Below, piece by piece: positions 51,554-60,537 of a stretch of 64,000 bases of DNA. Each line of letters starts with the position of its first letter. Positions within the stretch are counted from its first letter, which is position 1. The notes under the pieces were generated by a model. The model was not told where the DNA came from. It made no database searches and saw only the letters and a list, made by a program, of their open reading frames with translations. The position numbers were made by a program, and so were the translations under genes. The stretch is from an uncultured Verrucomicrobiae bacterium (GTDB taxonomy: Bacteria > Verrucomicrobiota > Verrucomicrobiia > Chthoniobacterales > UBA10450), in NCBI GenBank assembly GCA_963815455.1, contig CAWFGO010000001.1:736001-800000 (forward strand). Reading direction: 5' to 3'.

Positions 51554-53575
51554 TCAATCCGCAAACGGCTGCGGCCCCCCCATTTCCAACAGGCGTGTAG
51601 CCTCCAGACGATGCTGATCAGCGAGGTCGGAACGGCCAATTCGCCCGTAAATGCGCGAAAGATAGCGATGCGCCAGTACGAAACCAGGCCGCATTCGCAG
51701 AGAGATTTCGAAGGCCTGAACCGCGCGTTCGAACCAACCGAGCCGGGAGAGCAACGCACCGAGTTGAAAGTGCGCCTCGGGAAATTCGTGGCGCAGTCCC
51801 ACCGCCAGTAACGCGTGATCGATTCCCTGCTCGACGAAACTTTGCCGTGGCAACGCCACGCTCAATCCGTAATGACCTTCGGCTGAATCAGGATCGACAT
51901 CCAACACGCGCTTGAATGCGCGTTCGGCCTCGGGCCACCGGCGTTGGCGCAGATAAAGCCGCCCGAGATATGTTTGCGTCACCGGATCGCCCGGCGCAAT
52001 GAGTTCCGCTTCGTGGAAAGCATCCGCGCAGGCTTCCATATCACCGCGCGTCCAGGCCATTACTCCCCGCAACACGTTCGTCTGCGGTGTGGCAGGCTCA
52101 AGGCGTTCCAGTGCCTCGAGCGCCGGTTTCGCGTCTTCCGGCGTCTGCGCGGCCAGGCAGGCCTGCGCGAACGCTCGCCAATAACGTGCCTCGTTCGGAT
52201 GTTTGGCCGTAAGCTTTGACAGGACCTCCTTGCCTTCGCGCGTCCGGCCCGCCTCGCACAAGCTCACTGCCACATTGAAATCGGCTTCCGCCTCCGCCAA
52301 CGCCACCATCCGATGCACATTATTGGCGGGATCGGCGATGTAGCCGAGGTCAACGAGTTGACGCAACGCGGCCTGCGCTGCCGCCGGATTTTCGTCTTCG
52401 ACCTTCGGTAACAGCCGACCATCTTCGCCCGCGACTTTTTCCCATGATGGAATTCGCTCGATATCCGGCGCCTGCTCAAAAGCGCTCACCAGCGGTTTGC
52501 CTTCCATGTCCTCGCCGATAGGCAATCCGAGCAACGTCAGCACCGTTGGCGCGATATCCAGCAGGGTCGCGCCCTCGATTCGTTCGTCCGCGCGAATCCC
52601 CGGGCCGTGCAGCACAAAAATTCCCTGGGGCCGATGCCACTTCGCCGGTTCGACGCGGCCTCGCGGACGCCGTGCCCCGCTTTCGAATCCGTGATCGGAC
52701 ACGATTAGAACATGCGCATTCGGTCCGGCCAGCTCGACCAGGCGTCCCAGCATTAGATCATGAAACCGGTAAATGCCGGTCATCACTTCGCGGTAAAATT
52801 CGAAGTCATGTTCCGGAATTTCGGGCAGACGCGGCGGATGAAACGGCATGAACTCATGGCCGACCTGGTCGATGCACTCGTAGTAGATCGCGCCGAAATC
52901 CCAGGCCTCGTTTTCCAGCAGCTCGGTGGCGACGGCATGCACCGTGATGACTTCAGCCAGTCGTTGGGCCAGGAATTCGAGCCGATGCCTGACCAGCGGG
53001 TCATTCTGATCAAGCTCCGGTGCGCGCGGAATCAATTGCTGAAGCGGCGGCGGCTCGATATCGCGCGGATGGACGCGCAGCTCCGCAAGATTTTCGGCGA
53101 GCGAGCTTGGCTCAACGCTTCCCGGAGGGATCGGCCAGGTGTCCGGCGTCGCGTCGGTTGGCGGAACGCTGAACAGGTTCGAGACCATTGCGCCACGCAC
53201 CGGTTCGGCCGGATGGCTCGCCTGCCACGCGCAAACGACGCTCCGGCGATCGGTTTGCGAAACAATGTTCCAGAGCGCCTTGCAACGCCGTGTCCGGGTG
53301 CCCACTGGGCGCACACCGGATCGGTCCGGCAAGGGCTCGATAAACCCGCGAATACCATGTGCGTAGGCGCGTTTCCCGGTTGCGATACTGGTCCATAGGA
53401 TTGGCGAAAGCATCGGCGACAGCGACGCCACGTTGCCGATCACACCACCTTCGACAAGGCACTGAAGATTCGGCATCAGCCCGGCATCGAGCAAAGGATG
53501 AATCACCTGCCAATCAGCCGCGTCCCAACCCACAAGCAACACGCGCGCTGGATTGTTGCGAACAGGCGAACTCAT
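51554..53575 (-). CDS. AlkP-superfamily (type I phosphodiesterase/nucleotide pyrophosphatase-like) protein with C-terminal TPRs
   Basis: VLLVGWDAADW, LSPILWTSIATG, IDQVGH, VSDHGF, HRPQGIF, LLDIAPTVL, LVDLGY, then multiple TPR repeats; no signal peptide. Confidence 0.88.
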   Translation of the reverse strand: MSSPVRNNPARVLLVGWDAADWQVIHPLLDAGLMPNLQCLVEGGVIGNVASLSPMLSPILWTSIATGKRAYAHGIRGFIEPLPDRSGVRPVGTRTRRCKALWNIVSQTDRRSVVCAWQASHPAEPVRGAMVSNLFSVPPTDATPDTWPIPPGSVEPSSLAENLAELRVHPRDIEPPPLQQLIPRAPELDQNDPLVRHRLEFLAQRLAEVITVHAVATELLENEAWDFGAIYYECIDQVGHEFMPFHPPRLPEIPEHDFEFYREVMTGIYRFHDLMLGRLVELAGPNAHVLIVSDHGFESGARRPRGRVEPAKWHRPQGIFVLHGPGIRADERIEGATLLDIAPTVLTLLGLPIGEDMEGKPLVSAFEQAPDIERIPSWEKVAGEDGRLLPKVEDENPAAAQAALRQLVDLGYIADPANNVHRMVALAEAEADFNVAVSLCEAGRTREGKEVLSKLTAKHPNEARYWRAFAQACLAAQTPEDAKPALEALERLEPATPQTNVLRGVMAWTRGDMEACADAFHEAELIAPGDPVTQTYLGRLYLRQRRWPEAERAFKRVLDVDPDSAEGHYGLSVALPRQSFVEQGIDHALLAVGLRHEFPEAHFQLGALLSRLGWFERAVQAFEISLRMRPGFVLAHRYLSRIYGRIGRSDLADQHRLEATRLLEMGGPQPFAD

Positions 53576-53650
53576 GACCTAAAGCTTCGGATTCTATCGG
53601 CCCTGGGCGACCCTCGCAAATTGCTCCTGCCAGTGCGGTTTTGTCGCGAC

Positions 53651-54340
53651 TCAATCCAACGGTTTTGATTTCCGCCCGCGCCAAATACGCACGCCGAGCG
53701 CGCCCACGGCCATGAGTGACAGAAGTGCTGTCGTCGAAGGTTCGGGAACAATTCCCGGGAATGGGCCGCCACTATCCTCGTAGGCGTACCACACGAGGGT
53801 CCGTGGTTGCGTCGCGTAACCGGAGGAGAGCGCAATGTTTGCGACGCCGAAGTTGTATTGCCCGGTGGATTCGTTGAGAAAACGAAAGCCGATATTATTT
53901 TGATCGCTGTTGAGAACAAAGGCTGTCGGCCCGGTTGTTTCGATGCCGCTCGTTCTACTATAAGTCCATGAACTGTCGATGATCGTGAAGTAGGGGAGAT
54001 TATCGACTAACGTGTTCGAAGTTCCTCCAGTGTAGTTTGAGAGGATGCCGTCATTTGGGCTGGCCGAATTGTTCGCCCAGATGTTCAGCCCGGTGCTGCT
54101 CCATGGATTGATGTCCCACCCCGGAACTGCTGCCGGTGTTATTGAGGTGACACCGGTGACGACATTAATGTAAACACCGGCAGTCGTGCTGGGGATATTG
54201 ATGTTGACGATGCCGCTGTAAATGATCGTTGCGTCCGCGTTGTGGATGGCAGCTGCGGTAAGAGCCGCGCCCGCGATTGTAGCGTATGCCGCGAGGTTGC
54301 GATCAAGACGTGAAGCTGGCTTCTGATTGCGTGGGCTCAT
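53651..54340 (-). CDS. PEP-CTERM surface protein A
   Basis: Long signal peptide (RNLAAYATIAGAALTAA..ADA); Ser/Thr-rich body; C-terminal VPEPSTTALL + TM + RIWRGRK. Confidence 0.93.
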   Translation of the reverse strand: MSPRNQKPASRLDRNLAAYATIAGAALTAAAIHNADATIIYSGIVNINIPSTTAGVYINVVTGVTSITPAAVPGWDINPWSSTGLNIWANNSASPNDGILSNYTGGTSNTLVDNLPYFTIIDSSWTYSRTSGIETTGPTAFVLNSDQNNIGFRFLNESTGQYNFGVANIALSSGYATQPRTLVWYAYEDSGGPFPGIVPEPSTTALLSLMAVGALGVRIWRGRKSKPLD

Positions 54341-54464
54341 TCGCGGCCTGATATGCCAAATTCAATAGGAAATTTCAATGATATTCGTTCAGTCGATCGT
54401 TCCGAGGGCCCGAATTTCTTGATCTCTGATGTCCCTCAGAGTGACCAATAGTGAAAGCACCCGT

Positions 54465-56654
54465 TCACTCGCCTGCCTGGCGAGGTTGATGGTATGGTTC
54501 GTGGCGGCGATAAAGTTCCAGGCGCTGTTCGATTTGCCGCGTAAGGGAAATATCATCCATTGCTCTCGCCTTTCCAAGGGCGCGACTCGCCGTCTCTAGT
54601 GCAGTTTGAAAATCTCGGAGCTCGGCATAAGCGGCCGCCAAGGTATCGAGCTGCTCGGCGTCCGGGTCGTTCGTTAGGCCACAGCTTTGTCTCGCCGTCG
54701 CCACAGCATCGGCGCCATCGCGCAATTTTTCATCAGCCGCGGTTGCCAGGAGCCAGGCCAGCTTGGTGCGCGAAACCGTATCGTCACTTTTCAATCTCGC
54801 TGCGTCTCGATAATGCGTGATCGCTTCGCCCCATTGCCGGGTTTTGCTCAGAATATTTGCCAGGCTCAAATGCGCGTCAGCATCATTAGGTCGTCTTTCT
54901 AGCACTTTGCGATAATGAGTAATCGCTTCGTCCAATCGGCCTCTTTGAACAAATATATCGGCAAGCAGTTTGTTCGCCTCCCACAAATCAGGCTTGATTT
55001 GAAGCGCATTCACAAGGTGAGGGATGGCCTGGTTTGGCTGCCCCGATTGCAGAAGCGCGTAGCCGAGGTTGAGGTGGGCTCCGGCCATGCCGGGATTTAT
55101 TTCGATGGCTTTTTGAAACTGGCTGATCGCTTCTGTGACCTGTCCATTTTGCGCGAGAACGGTTCCGAGATTGCTGCGCACCTGTGGAAGGTCTGGAACA
55201 AGATCCAGCGCCGTGTGATATTCCGCGATCGCCTCATTCAACCGGCCAACTCGAGAAAGCGCATTGCCAAGATTGTTATGCGCCTCCGCATATGCGGGCT
55301 GGATTTGTAACGCTCTCCCGTACTCAAAAATCGCTGCGTCAGGCTGACCTTTCTCGTCCAAGGCGAGGCCCAGATTAGTGTGGGCGACGAAATTGTTGGG
55401 GTCGATAGCCAGAGCATGATTCCACAGTTTTTCGCTGTCGTGCCAATAGGAAGCCTCGGCGCGAGTCAGGATTACGAGCCCGGCAATCACAATCGCGCCT
55501 GCCGTGGCGAGAATCTTCCGCCGCCACCGCCACCGAGCGAACAGGTCCGCGGCCCCCCAAATGATCATAATGTAGAGACCGATGTGAGGCAGATAGGTGT
55601 AGCGATCGGCGCGCGCGTAATAGGAAATTTGGACGATTCCGATGACCGGCAACATCATTCCCAAATACCAGAGCCAGCCAACGGCCAAATACGGATGCGT
55701 TTTCCAAACAATGAATACGCCGATTGAAATGGCGATGAGGAGCGCCATGCACAATCCAACCTCGAGAAGCGAGAATCCATTGGGCGGATTGAAATATGGA
55801 ATTGTTAGTCTCGACGGATAAAACATCTGCTCGAGATAAATCACGTAGGAAACCACCGTGTTCTCCAGCCGCGCCCAAAGCGATTCTCGAAAGGCAGGTC
55901 CAACTTTTTCCGGCGAGAGACTCGTGGCCAGGATCGACAATGCCGAAAGGGCGAATAACGGAATCTTCTCCATCAGTAGATGACTTCTGATTTCTGATCT
56001 CTGACCTCTGAATCTTCCCAGCGGCCAATAATCCAACAGCAAGAGGACAAACGGCAGCGTCACCAGCATGCCTTTGGACATCAATCCAAGTGCAAAAAGG
56101 AGCACGACCAGCAAATAGTCGAACACCGGAGGCTTTCCCCGGGCGTACCGCGCATATGCGACCAACGTGAGCATGAAGAAAACGCCACTCAGAACGTCTT
56201 TGCGCTCCGCGATCCAGGCCACCGACTCCACTCGCAGCGGATGGACAGCAAAGAGCGCCGCGACGAATCCACTCCGCCAAATGCTGCCAGTCATTTCGCG
56301 CAATGCCAGAAACAGGAGAATCACCGCGGCGGCATGAAGCGTAACGTTCGTTAAGTGATGGCCGCCGGCCCTGAGCCCAAAGAGTTGGCAATCCAGCATG
56401 TGAGACCACCACGTTACCGGATGCCAGTGACCAATTGCGGCAAATGTGAACGACCACGCAATTCCCTTGAGCGTCAGGCCGCGAAGAACACCCGAATTTT
56501 GATAAACGTACATGTCATCGTCGTAATTGATAAACTGATGCCGGATGGTCTGGCCAAAGCCCAGCCAAACGATCGCTGCCAGAGCTACGCAGATCGCTCC
56601 GACGACGCGACGGTCACGATGTGAGATTCGCGAAGCCTCAGTTTCCAGACCCAT
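54465..56654 (-). CDS. TMTC-like (GT-C) membrane glycosyltransferase with C-terminal TPRs, paralogue 1
   Basis: FINYDDDMYV, WHPVTW, HHLTNVTLH, LFAVHPLRVESVAWIAERKDVLS, ADRYTYLP, WHDSEKLW, then many TPRs. Confidence 0.85.
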   Translation of the reverse strand: MGLETEASRISHRDRRVVGAICVALAAIVWLGFGQTIRHQFINYDDDMYVYQNSGVLRGLTLKGIAWSFTFAAIGHWHPVTWWSHMLDCQLFGLRAGGHHLTNVTLHAAAVILLFLALREMTGSIWRSGFVAALFAVHPLRVESVAWIAERKDVLSGVFFMLTLVAYARYARGKPPVFDYLLVVLLFALGLMSKGMLVTLPFVLLLLDYWPLGRFRGQRSEIRSHLLMEKIPLFALSALSILATSLSPEKVGPAFRESLWARLENTVVSYVIYLEQMFYPSRLTIPYFNPPNGFSLLEVGLCMALLIAISIGVFIVWKTHPYLAVGWLWYLGMMLPVIGIVQISYYARADRYTYLPHIGLYIMIIWGAADLFARWRWRRKILATAGAIVIAGLVILTRAEASYWHDSEKLWNHALAIDPNNFVAHTNLGLALDEKGQPDAAIFEYGRALQIQPAYAEAHNNLGNALSRVGRLNEAIAEYHTALDLVPDLPQVRSNLGTVLAQNGQVTEAISQFQKAIEINPGMAGAHLNLGYALLQSGQPNQAIPHLVNALQIKPDLWEANKLLADIFVQRGRLDEAITHYRKVLERRPNDADAHLSLANILSKTRQWGEAITHYRDAARLKSDDTVSRTKLAWLLATAADEKLRDGADAVATARQSCGLTNDPDAEQLDTLAAAYAELRDFQTALETASRALGKARAMDDISLTRQIEQRLELYRRHEPYHQPRQAGE
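55983..56010 (-). repeat. Heptamer repeat (CAGARRT)4 inside TMTC-like paralogue 1
   Basis: Minus strand CAGAGGT CAGAGAT CAGAAAT CAGAAGT; encodes RGQRSEIRS. Confidence 0.8.
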
Positions 56655-58599
56655 TCGTTTTCTTCGTCTCGATTTCCCTCAGCGCTCCGCGGGCCGGCGC
56701 GTAATCCGGCGCAATTTGAAGCACTCCTTGCAATTCCTGGATCGCTTGATCGACATCGCCGCGGCCAGCCAGGGCCCGGGCGAGATTCGTGCGCGCGAGG
56801 ACGCGCTGCGGTTCAGCTCGCGTGATTGGCGCCAACTGGTCTATCGCTTCATCGTTCCGGCCAAGCGCTACCAGAGCGAAGCCATAATTGATGTGCGCCA
56901 GGGTGTTGTCCGGATCGAGTTGAACCGCCCGCTTCAGCTGTTTCGCGGCGTCCTCGTACCGATTATTGATGAGAGCGATGGAACCGACGCTGTTGAACGC
57001 GGTCGACGAATTCGGATTTAGATAGATTGATTTTTCCAGCTCAGTTAGGGCCTCGGCATAGCGCCCCTGCTTCAACAAGACATTCCCGATATTTGCGTAG
57101 ATCCGCCCATAACGCGGTGATTCCTGGACCGCCTCCCGATACTGAGCGAGCGCGCCATCAAGGTTTCCTTCCACCTCCAGAACGCTTCCGAGATTTTGAT
57201 GGGCAATGAAGTTACCTCGCGTGACCTTCAGGGCGTGAGTGAACAAAGACCTGCTGTTTTGCCAGTAGGAAACCTGAACCCACGTGACGCTGGTAAGAAC
57301 CGCCAGCCACGCACAGACCGCGGTGACGACAGCGGATTTTCCCAGCCGCGAAACCCCGGCCGGAAGGCTCCACGCGACCATAACAAAAACCCCGATTGAC
57401 GGAATATAAGTGTATCGATCGGCAATCGAATGCATCCCAACCTGAACCAAACCGATCACTGGAACCAATGTGCCGAGAAACCAGAGCCAGCCGATTAGCA
57501 GCCACGGACGACGACGGCGACAAACCACTGCGATAGCAGTGATGATCGACAAAATCGCGACGCTGACGATGACATCGGTAAGGCGCCAGTGACCAGGGTG
57601 CGGATAAAAAACGGCCAGGTTCACCGGAGCGATAAGCTTGTCCAAATACATGCGGTATCCGACAAGCGCGCTCGCTGCGCGCGTCCAAATCGGCGAAGCC
57701 GCCAGGCCGACGACGGAGCCAGCGCTGCGTTGAGAGACAATCGCGATTACGCTGAATATCGCCGCGATTAACAACAACGGAATTTTCTCGAGAATAACGC
57801 GCGACCGGGGAAGTGCGCGCGACGCCTCCGTCTCTACTACTGGAGGCGTCGCCTCGGCCGCTATTGCCGGCGCGCCGGGGTCGAGCGCAAAAGGCTTCCA
57901 TCGACATAGGGGCCAGATATCGATCAGCAATAGGAGAAACGGAAATGTGACCCACATTGGCTTCGCCAGAAGAGAGAGAACAAACAGGCATGGTGTTACT
58001 AGATATTTTCTGACCGAAGGCTGGCGCGTGTATGCGACGTAGGCGCCGAGCGCGAGCAAACCGAAAAAGCTGCTGAGCACGTCCTTGCGTTCTGCCACCC
58101 ACGCGACCGATTCGACGTGCAACGGATGTATCGCAAAAAGGGCCGCCACTAACGCACTGCCCCAAATGCTGCTGGTCCGGTCCGCCACTTGGACGGATTC
58201 GGCCCGCGGCGAACTCGGACCATCGGTCATTCGGCAAAAAATTAGAAACAACAACAGCGTATTGACGCCATGCAAGAGCACGCTGGTGAGATGATGGCCG
58301 CCAGCCCAGCCATCCCACATCGTCACGTCGAGCATGTGCGAGAGCCACGTCAGCGGATGCCAGTTACCGCTCTTTAATGTGGTGAAGGCCCAGACGATTC
58401 CCTTCCAGTTCAGCCCATGCAAAACATGCGGGTTTTCCGTGACGTAAAGGTTGTCGTCGTAATTAATAAAATCGTGACGAAGCGCCTGCAGGTAGGGAAG
58501 AACCGCCAGCGCGAAGAGGAGCGCTCCTATCATTGCGGTAACGCGTGAGGCATGCCCTTTGGCAGTTGCATTCATGTTGCGATCAGCTTTCACCGCCAT
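56638..58599 (-). CDS. TMTC-like membrane glycosyltransferase with C-terminal TPRs, paralogue 2
   Basis: FINYDDNLYV, NWHPLTWLSHMLD, LFAIHPLHVESVAWVAERKDVLS, ADRYTYIP, WQNSRSLF, TPRs; overlaps paralogue 1 by 17 nt. Confidence 0.85.
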   Translation of the reverse strand: MAVKADRNMNATAKGHASRVTAMIGALLFALAVLPYLQALRHDFINYDDNLYVTENPHVLHGLNWKGIVWAFTTLKSGNWHPLTWLSHMLDVTMWDGWAGGHHLTSVLLHGVNTLLLFLIFCRMTDGPSSPRAESVQVADRTSSIWGSALVAALFAIHPLHVESVAWVAERKDVLSSFFGLLALGAYVAYTRQPSVRKYLVTPCLFVLSLLAKPMWVTFPFLLLLIDIWPLCRWKPFALDPGAPAIAAEATPPVVETEASRALPRSRVILEKIPLLLIAAIFSVIAIVSQRSAGSVVGLAASPIWTRAASALVGYRMYLDKLIAPVNLAVFYPHPGHWRLTDVIVSVAILSIITAIAVVCRRRRPWLLIGWLWFLGTLVPVIGLVQVGMHSIADRYTYIPSIGVFVMVAWSLPAGVSRLGKSAVVTAVCAWLAVLTSVTWVQVSYWQNSRSLFTHALKVTRGNFIAHQNLGSVLEVEGNLDGALAQYREAVQESPRYGRIYANIGNVLLKQGRYAEALTELEKSIYLNPNSSTAFNSVGSIALINNRYEDAAKQLKRAVQLDPDNTLAHINYGFALVALGRNDEAIDQLAPITRAEPQRVLARTNLARALAGRGDVDQAIQELQGVLQIAPDYAPARGALREIETKKTNGSGN

Positions 58600-58662
58600 T
58601 CACGCCCGCAAAAAATATTGCGCAAGCCTAATACCTTGCGCTCCATCAAAAAACTTGCGCTG

Positions 58663-58702
58663 AAAAACAAAAAGCCCGCGCGAAACTTAATTCGCGCGGG
58701 CT
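58663..58702 (-). terminator. Rho-independent terminator of PEP-CTERM gene B
   Basis: AGCCCGCGCGAA-6 nt-TTCGCGCGGGCT, a 12-bp stem followed by a minus-strand T-tract. Confidence 0.85.
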
Positions 58703-58726
58703 CTTGGAGAAATATGCTGCCCGTGA

Positions 58727-59407
58727 TTACGCTTTGCGCTTGCGCCAGGTCCGCACACCTAAAGCGCCAGCCGCCATCACTCCTAACAGAGCGAAGGTTG
58801 ACGGCTCTGGAACCTGGCCGGCCATAATCGAATTGCCCATGTTATCGTAGGCGTACTCGACAAGTAACCGAGGCTGCCCTGAACTGGTTGCGGCTAACGA
58901 AAATCTGGCCCATCCAAAGTTGTAGGTGCTTGTCCCCTCGTTGAGGAAACGGAAGCCAACCACATTGTTACTGCTGCTGAGGTTGAAGGCAGTCGCGCCA
59001 GTTGTTTCGATTGATGAAGTCCTGCCATAGCTCCATGAGGCGTCAATCACGGTTCCCAACGGAATGTTGTCGACTAGAGTAGCGGAAGTTCCTCCCGTGA
59101 AGTTCTGAAGCACCCCATCATTCACGCTGGCCGAATTGTTTGCCCAAACGTTAAATGACGCGCTCCCCCAAGGATTGAGATCCCAGCCGGGAGCACCAGC
59201 TGGCGTGGTCGAGGTCACGCCGGTTACGAAATTGATATAAATGCCAGAAGTCGTGCTCGGAACCGTAAAGTTCACAACGCCGCTCCAAACGATATCGGCA
59301 TCGGCGTTCGGTATTGCAGGCGCGGCCAGCGCAGCACCAGCAACCGCTGCGTACGCTGCCAGACGACCATCAACACGTGGACTAAGTTTAAGATTTCTCG
59401 GGCTCAT
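58727..59407 (-). CDS. PEP-CTERM surface protein B (paralogue of A)
   Basis: ATG 59407 with AAGGA upstream; MSPRNLK..RLAAYAAVAGAALAA..ADA; aligns colinearly with A; VPEPSTFALL + TM + RTWRKRKA. Confidence 0.93.
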   Translation of the reverse strand: MSPRNLKLSPRVDGRLAAYAAVAGAALAAPAIPNADADIVWSGVVNFTVPSTTSGIYINFVTGVTSTTPAGAPGWDLNPWGSASFNVWANNSASVNDGVLQNFTGGTSATLVDNIPLGTVIDASWSYGRTSSIETTGATAFNLSSSNNVVGFRFLNEGTSTYNFGWARFSLAATSSGQPRLLVEYAYDNMGNSIMAGQVPEPSTFALLGVMAAGALGVRTWRKRKA

Positions 59408-59453
59408 AATGTTTTTCCTTTGCGAGGTATGCGGTCTGTTTTGATCAATTTGT

Positions 59454-59475
59454 GCAAAAAGGTCAAGCTTTTTCG
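59454..59475 (-). promoter_or_regulatory. Conserved palindromic upstream element of PEP-CTERM gene B
   Basis: Sense strand CGAAAAAGCTTGACCTTTTTGC; 21/22 identical to 60342-60363. Confidence 0.7.
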
Positions 59476-59558
59476 AGTAATTCCGGCAGTGAATTGGGGC
59501 CTTCCATCGACGGCAACCGAACGTCGCACTGGCTCTGATTCTACACAGTTCGATTTGG

Positions 59559-59599
59559 AAACAGAAAGCCCGCGCGAAACTCAATCGGCGCGGGCTTTC
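59559..59599 (-). terminator. Rho-independent terminator of PEP-CTERM gene C
   Basis: GAAAGCCCGCGC ... GCGCGGGCTTTC stem; nearly the same sequence as the terminator at 58663-58702. Confidence 0.8.
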
Positions 59600-59625
59600 G
59601 AGAAAATCGTTCGTTTAAGTTAGTC

Positions 59626-60291
59626 TTATGCTGCTTTGCGTTTGCGCCAGGCGCGCAAACCAAGACCCGCCGCGCCCAAACCTAGCAGGGCCAACGTGGT
59701 CGGTTCCGGCACGATCGAGATGACACCGGGACCGCTGATGCCGAAGTAGTAATCGCCAGTGGCTTGACCGGCCGAGGTGGTGGAGACGAATGTTGTGTCG
59801 CGAAAGCCCGACGTATACAGGAAGTATTGGGTGCCCGCGGTCAGAGCGACGTTGAGCAACCGCGAACCCGGTTGAGCGCCGGTGAACCCAGTGGAAGTCG
59901 CTGTGAGTCCCATGCCAGAGTAGGGGCCTGGAAGGACCGTCAGGGTGCCGGTGAAGTCGTCGCTCGAGAATAGGGGCGCGCCCAGCGCTGGCGGAGTGAA
60001 CGTGTTGGCAAATACCGCCAGCCATGTATCCAACGCGTTGCTCGGCGTTCCAACCGAGTTGATCGAAGCAAGCTCGAAGGTATAGCTCCCGCTCGTACCA
60101 ACAGTGAATGCGTAGACATTGTAATACTGCAGGCTGGTTCCCGCCGTGCTCTGGCCCGTAGCGTGAGCTGTCGGTGACGCCGCAGTGAGAGTGCCATTAC
60201 CGAATACTATGTCGGCGTAGGACACGCTCGAAAGGGCAAAGATGCAGACGACCGACGCTGCGAGGAGTTTAAATGATTTAGTAAGTTTCAT
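59626..60291 (-). CDS. PEP-CTERM surface protein C (different extracellular domain)
   Basis: Signal peptide MKLTKSFKLLAASVVCIFALSSVSYA; Thr/Ser/Gly-rich body; VPEPTTLALL + TM + RAWRKRKAA. Confidence 0.93.
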   Translation of the reverse strand: MKLTKSFKLLAASVVCIFALSSVSYADIVFGNGTLTAASPTAHATGQSTAGTSLQYYNVYAFTVGTSGSYTFELASINSVGTPSNALDTWLAVFANTFTPPALGAPLFSSDDFTGTLTVLPGPYSGMGLTATSTGFTGAQPGSRLLNVALTAGTQYFLYTSGFRDTTFVSTTSAGQATGDYYFGISGPGVISIVPEPTTLALLGLGAAGLGLRAWRKRKAA

Positions 60292-60341
60292 AAGCAGGAT
60301 CTCCGGTTTTCGTTGTAGAAGTAACTTGTACCCGGTCATGC

Positions 60342-60363
60342 GCAAAAAGATCAAGCTTTTTCG
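60342..60363 (-). promoter_or_regulatory. Conserved palindromic upstream element of PEP-CTERM gene C
   Basis: Sense strand CGAAAAAGCTTGATCTTTTTGC. Confidence 0.7.
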
Positions 60364-60537
60364 GTGTCCTAAAAGACTCTTTTGGCCGCCCCCCCTGGCG
60401 CTGAGCTACAAGGTCTCTGGGGTAACTCCGCAATTTCTCGGATACTCTTTCTCCTTGCTTGCCTCGGTGCGAAGACTGGTGGGATCGCCATCTTTTTTTT
60501 CCCTGCAGTGATTTGCGGTCGCTGCTAGAGACTGTAG

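Noticed and set aside
59454..59475. Sigma54 promoter for PEP-CTERM genes (PrsR-type control)
   Set aside because: TTGC is present, but there is no GG at the required -24 spacing in either copy.
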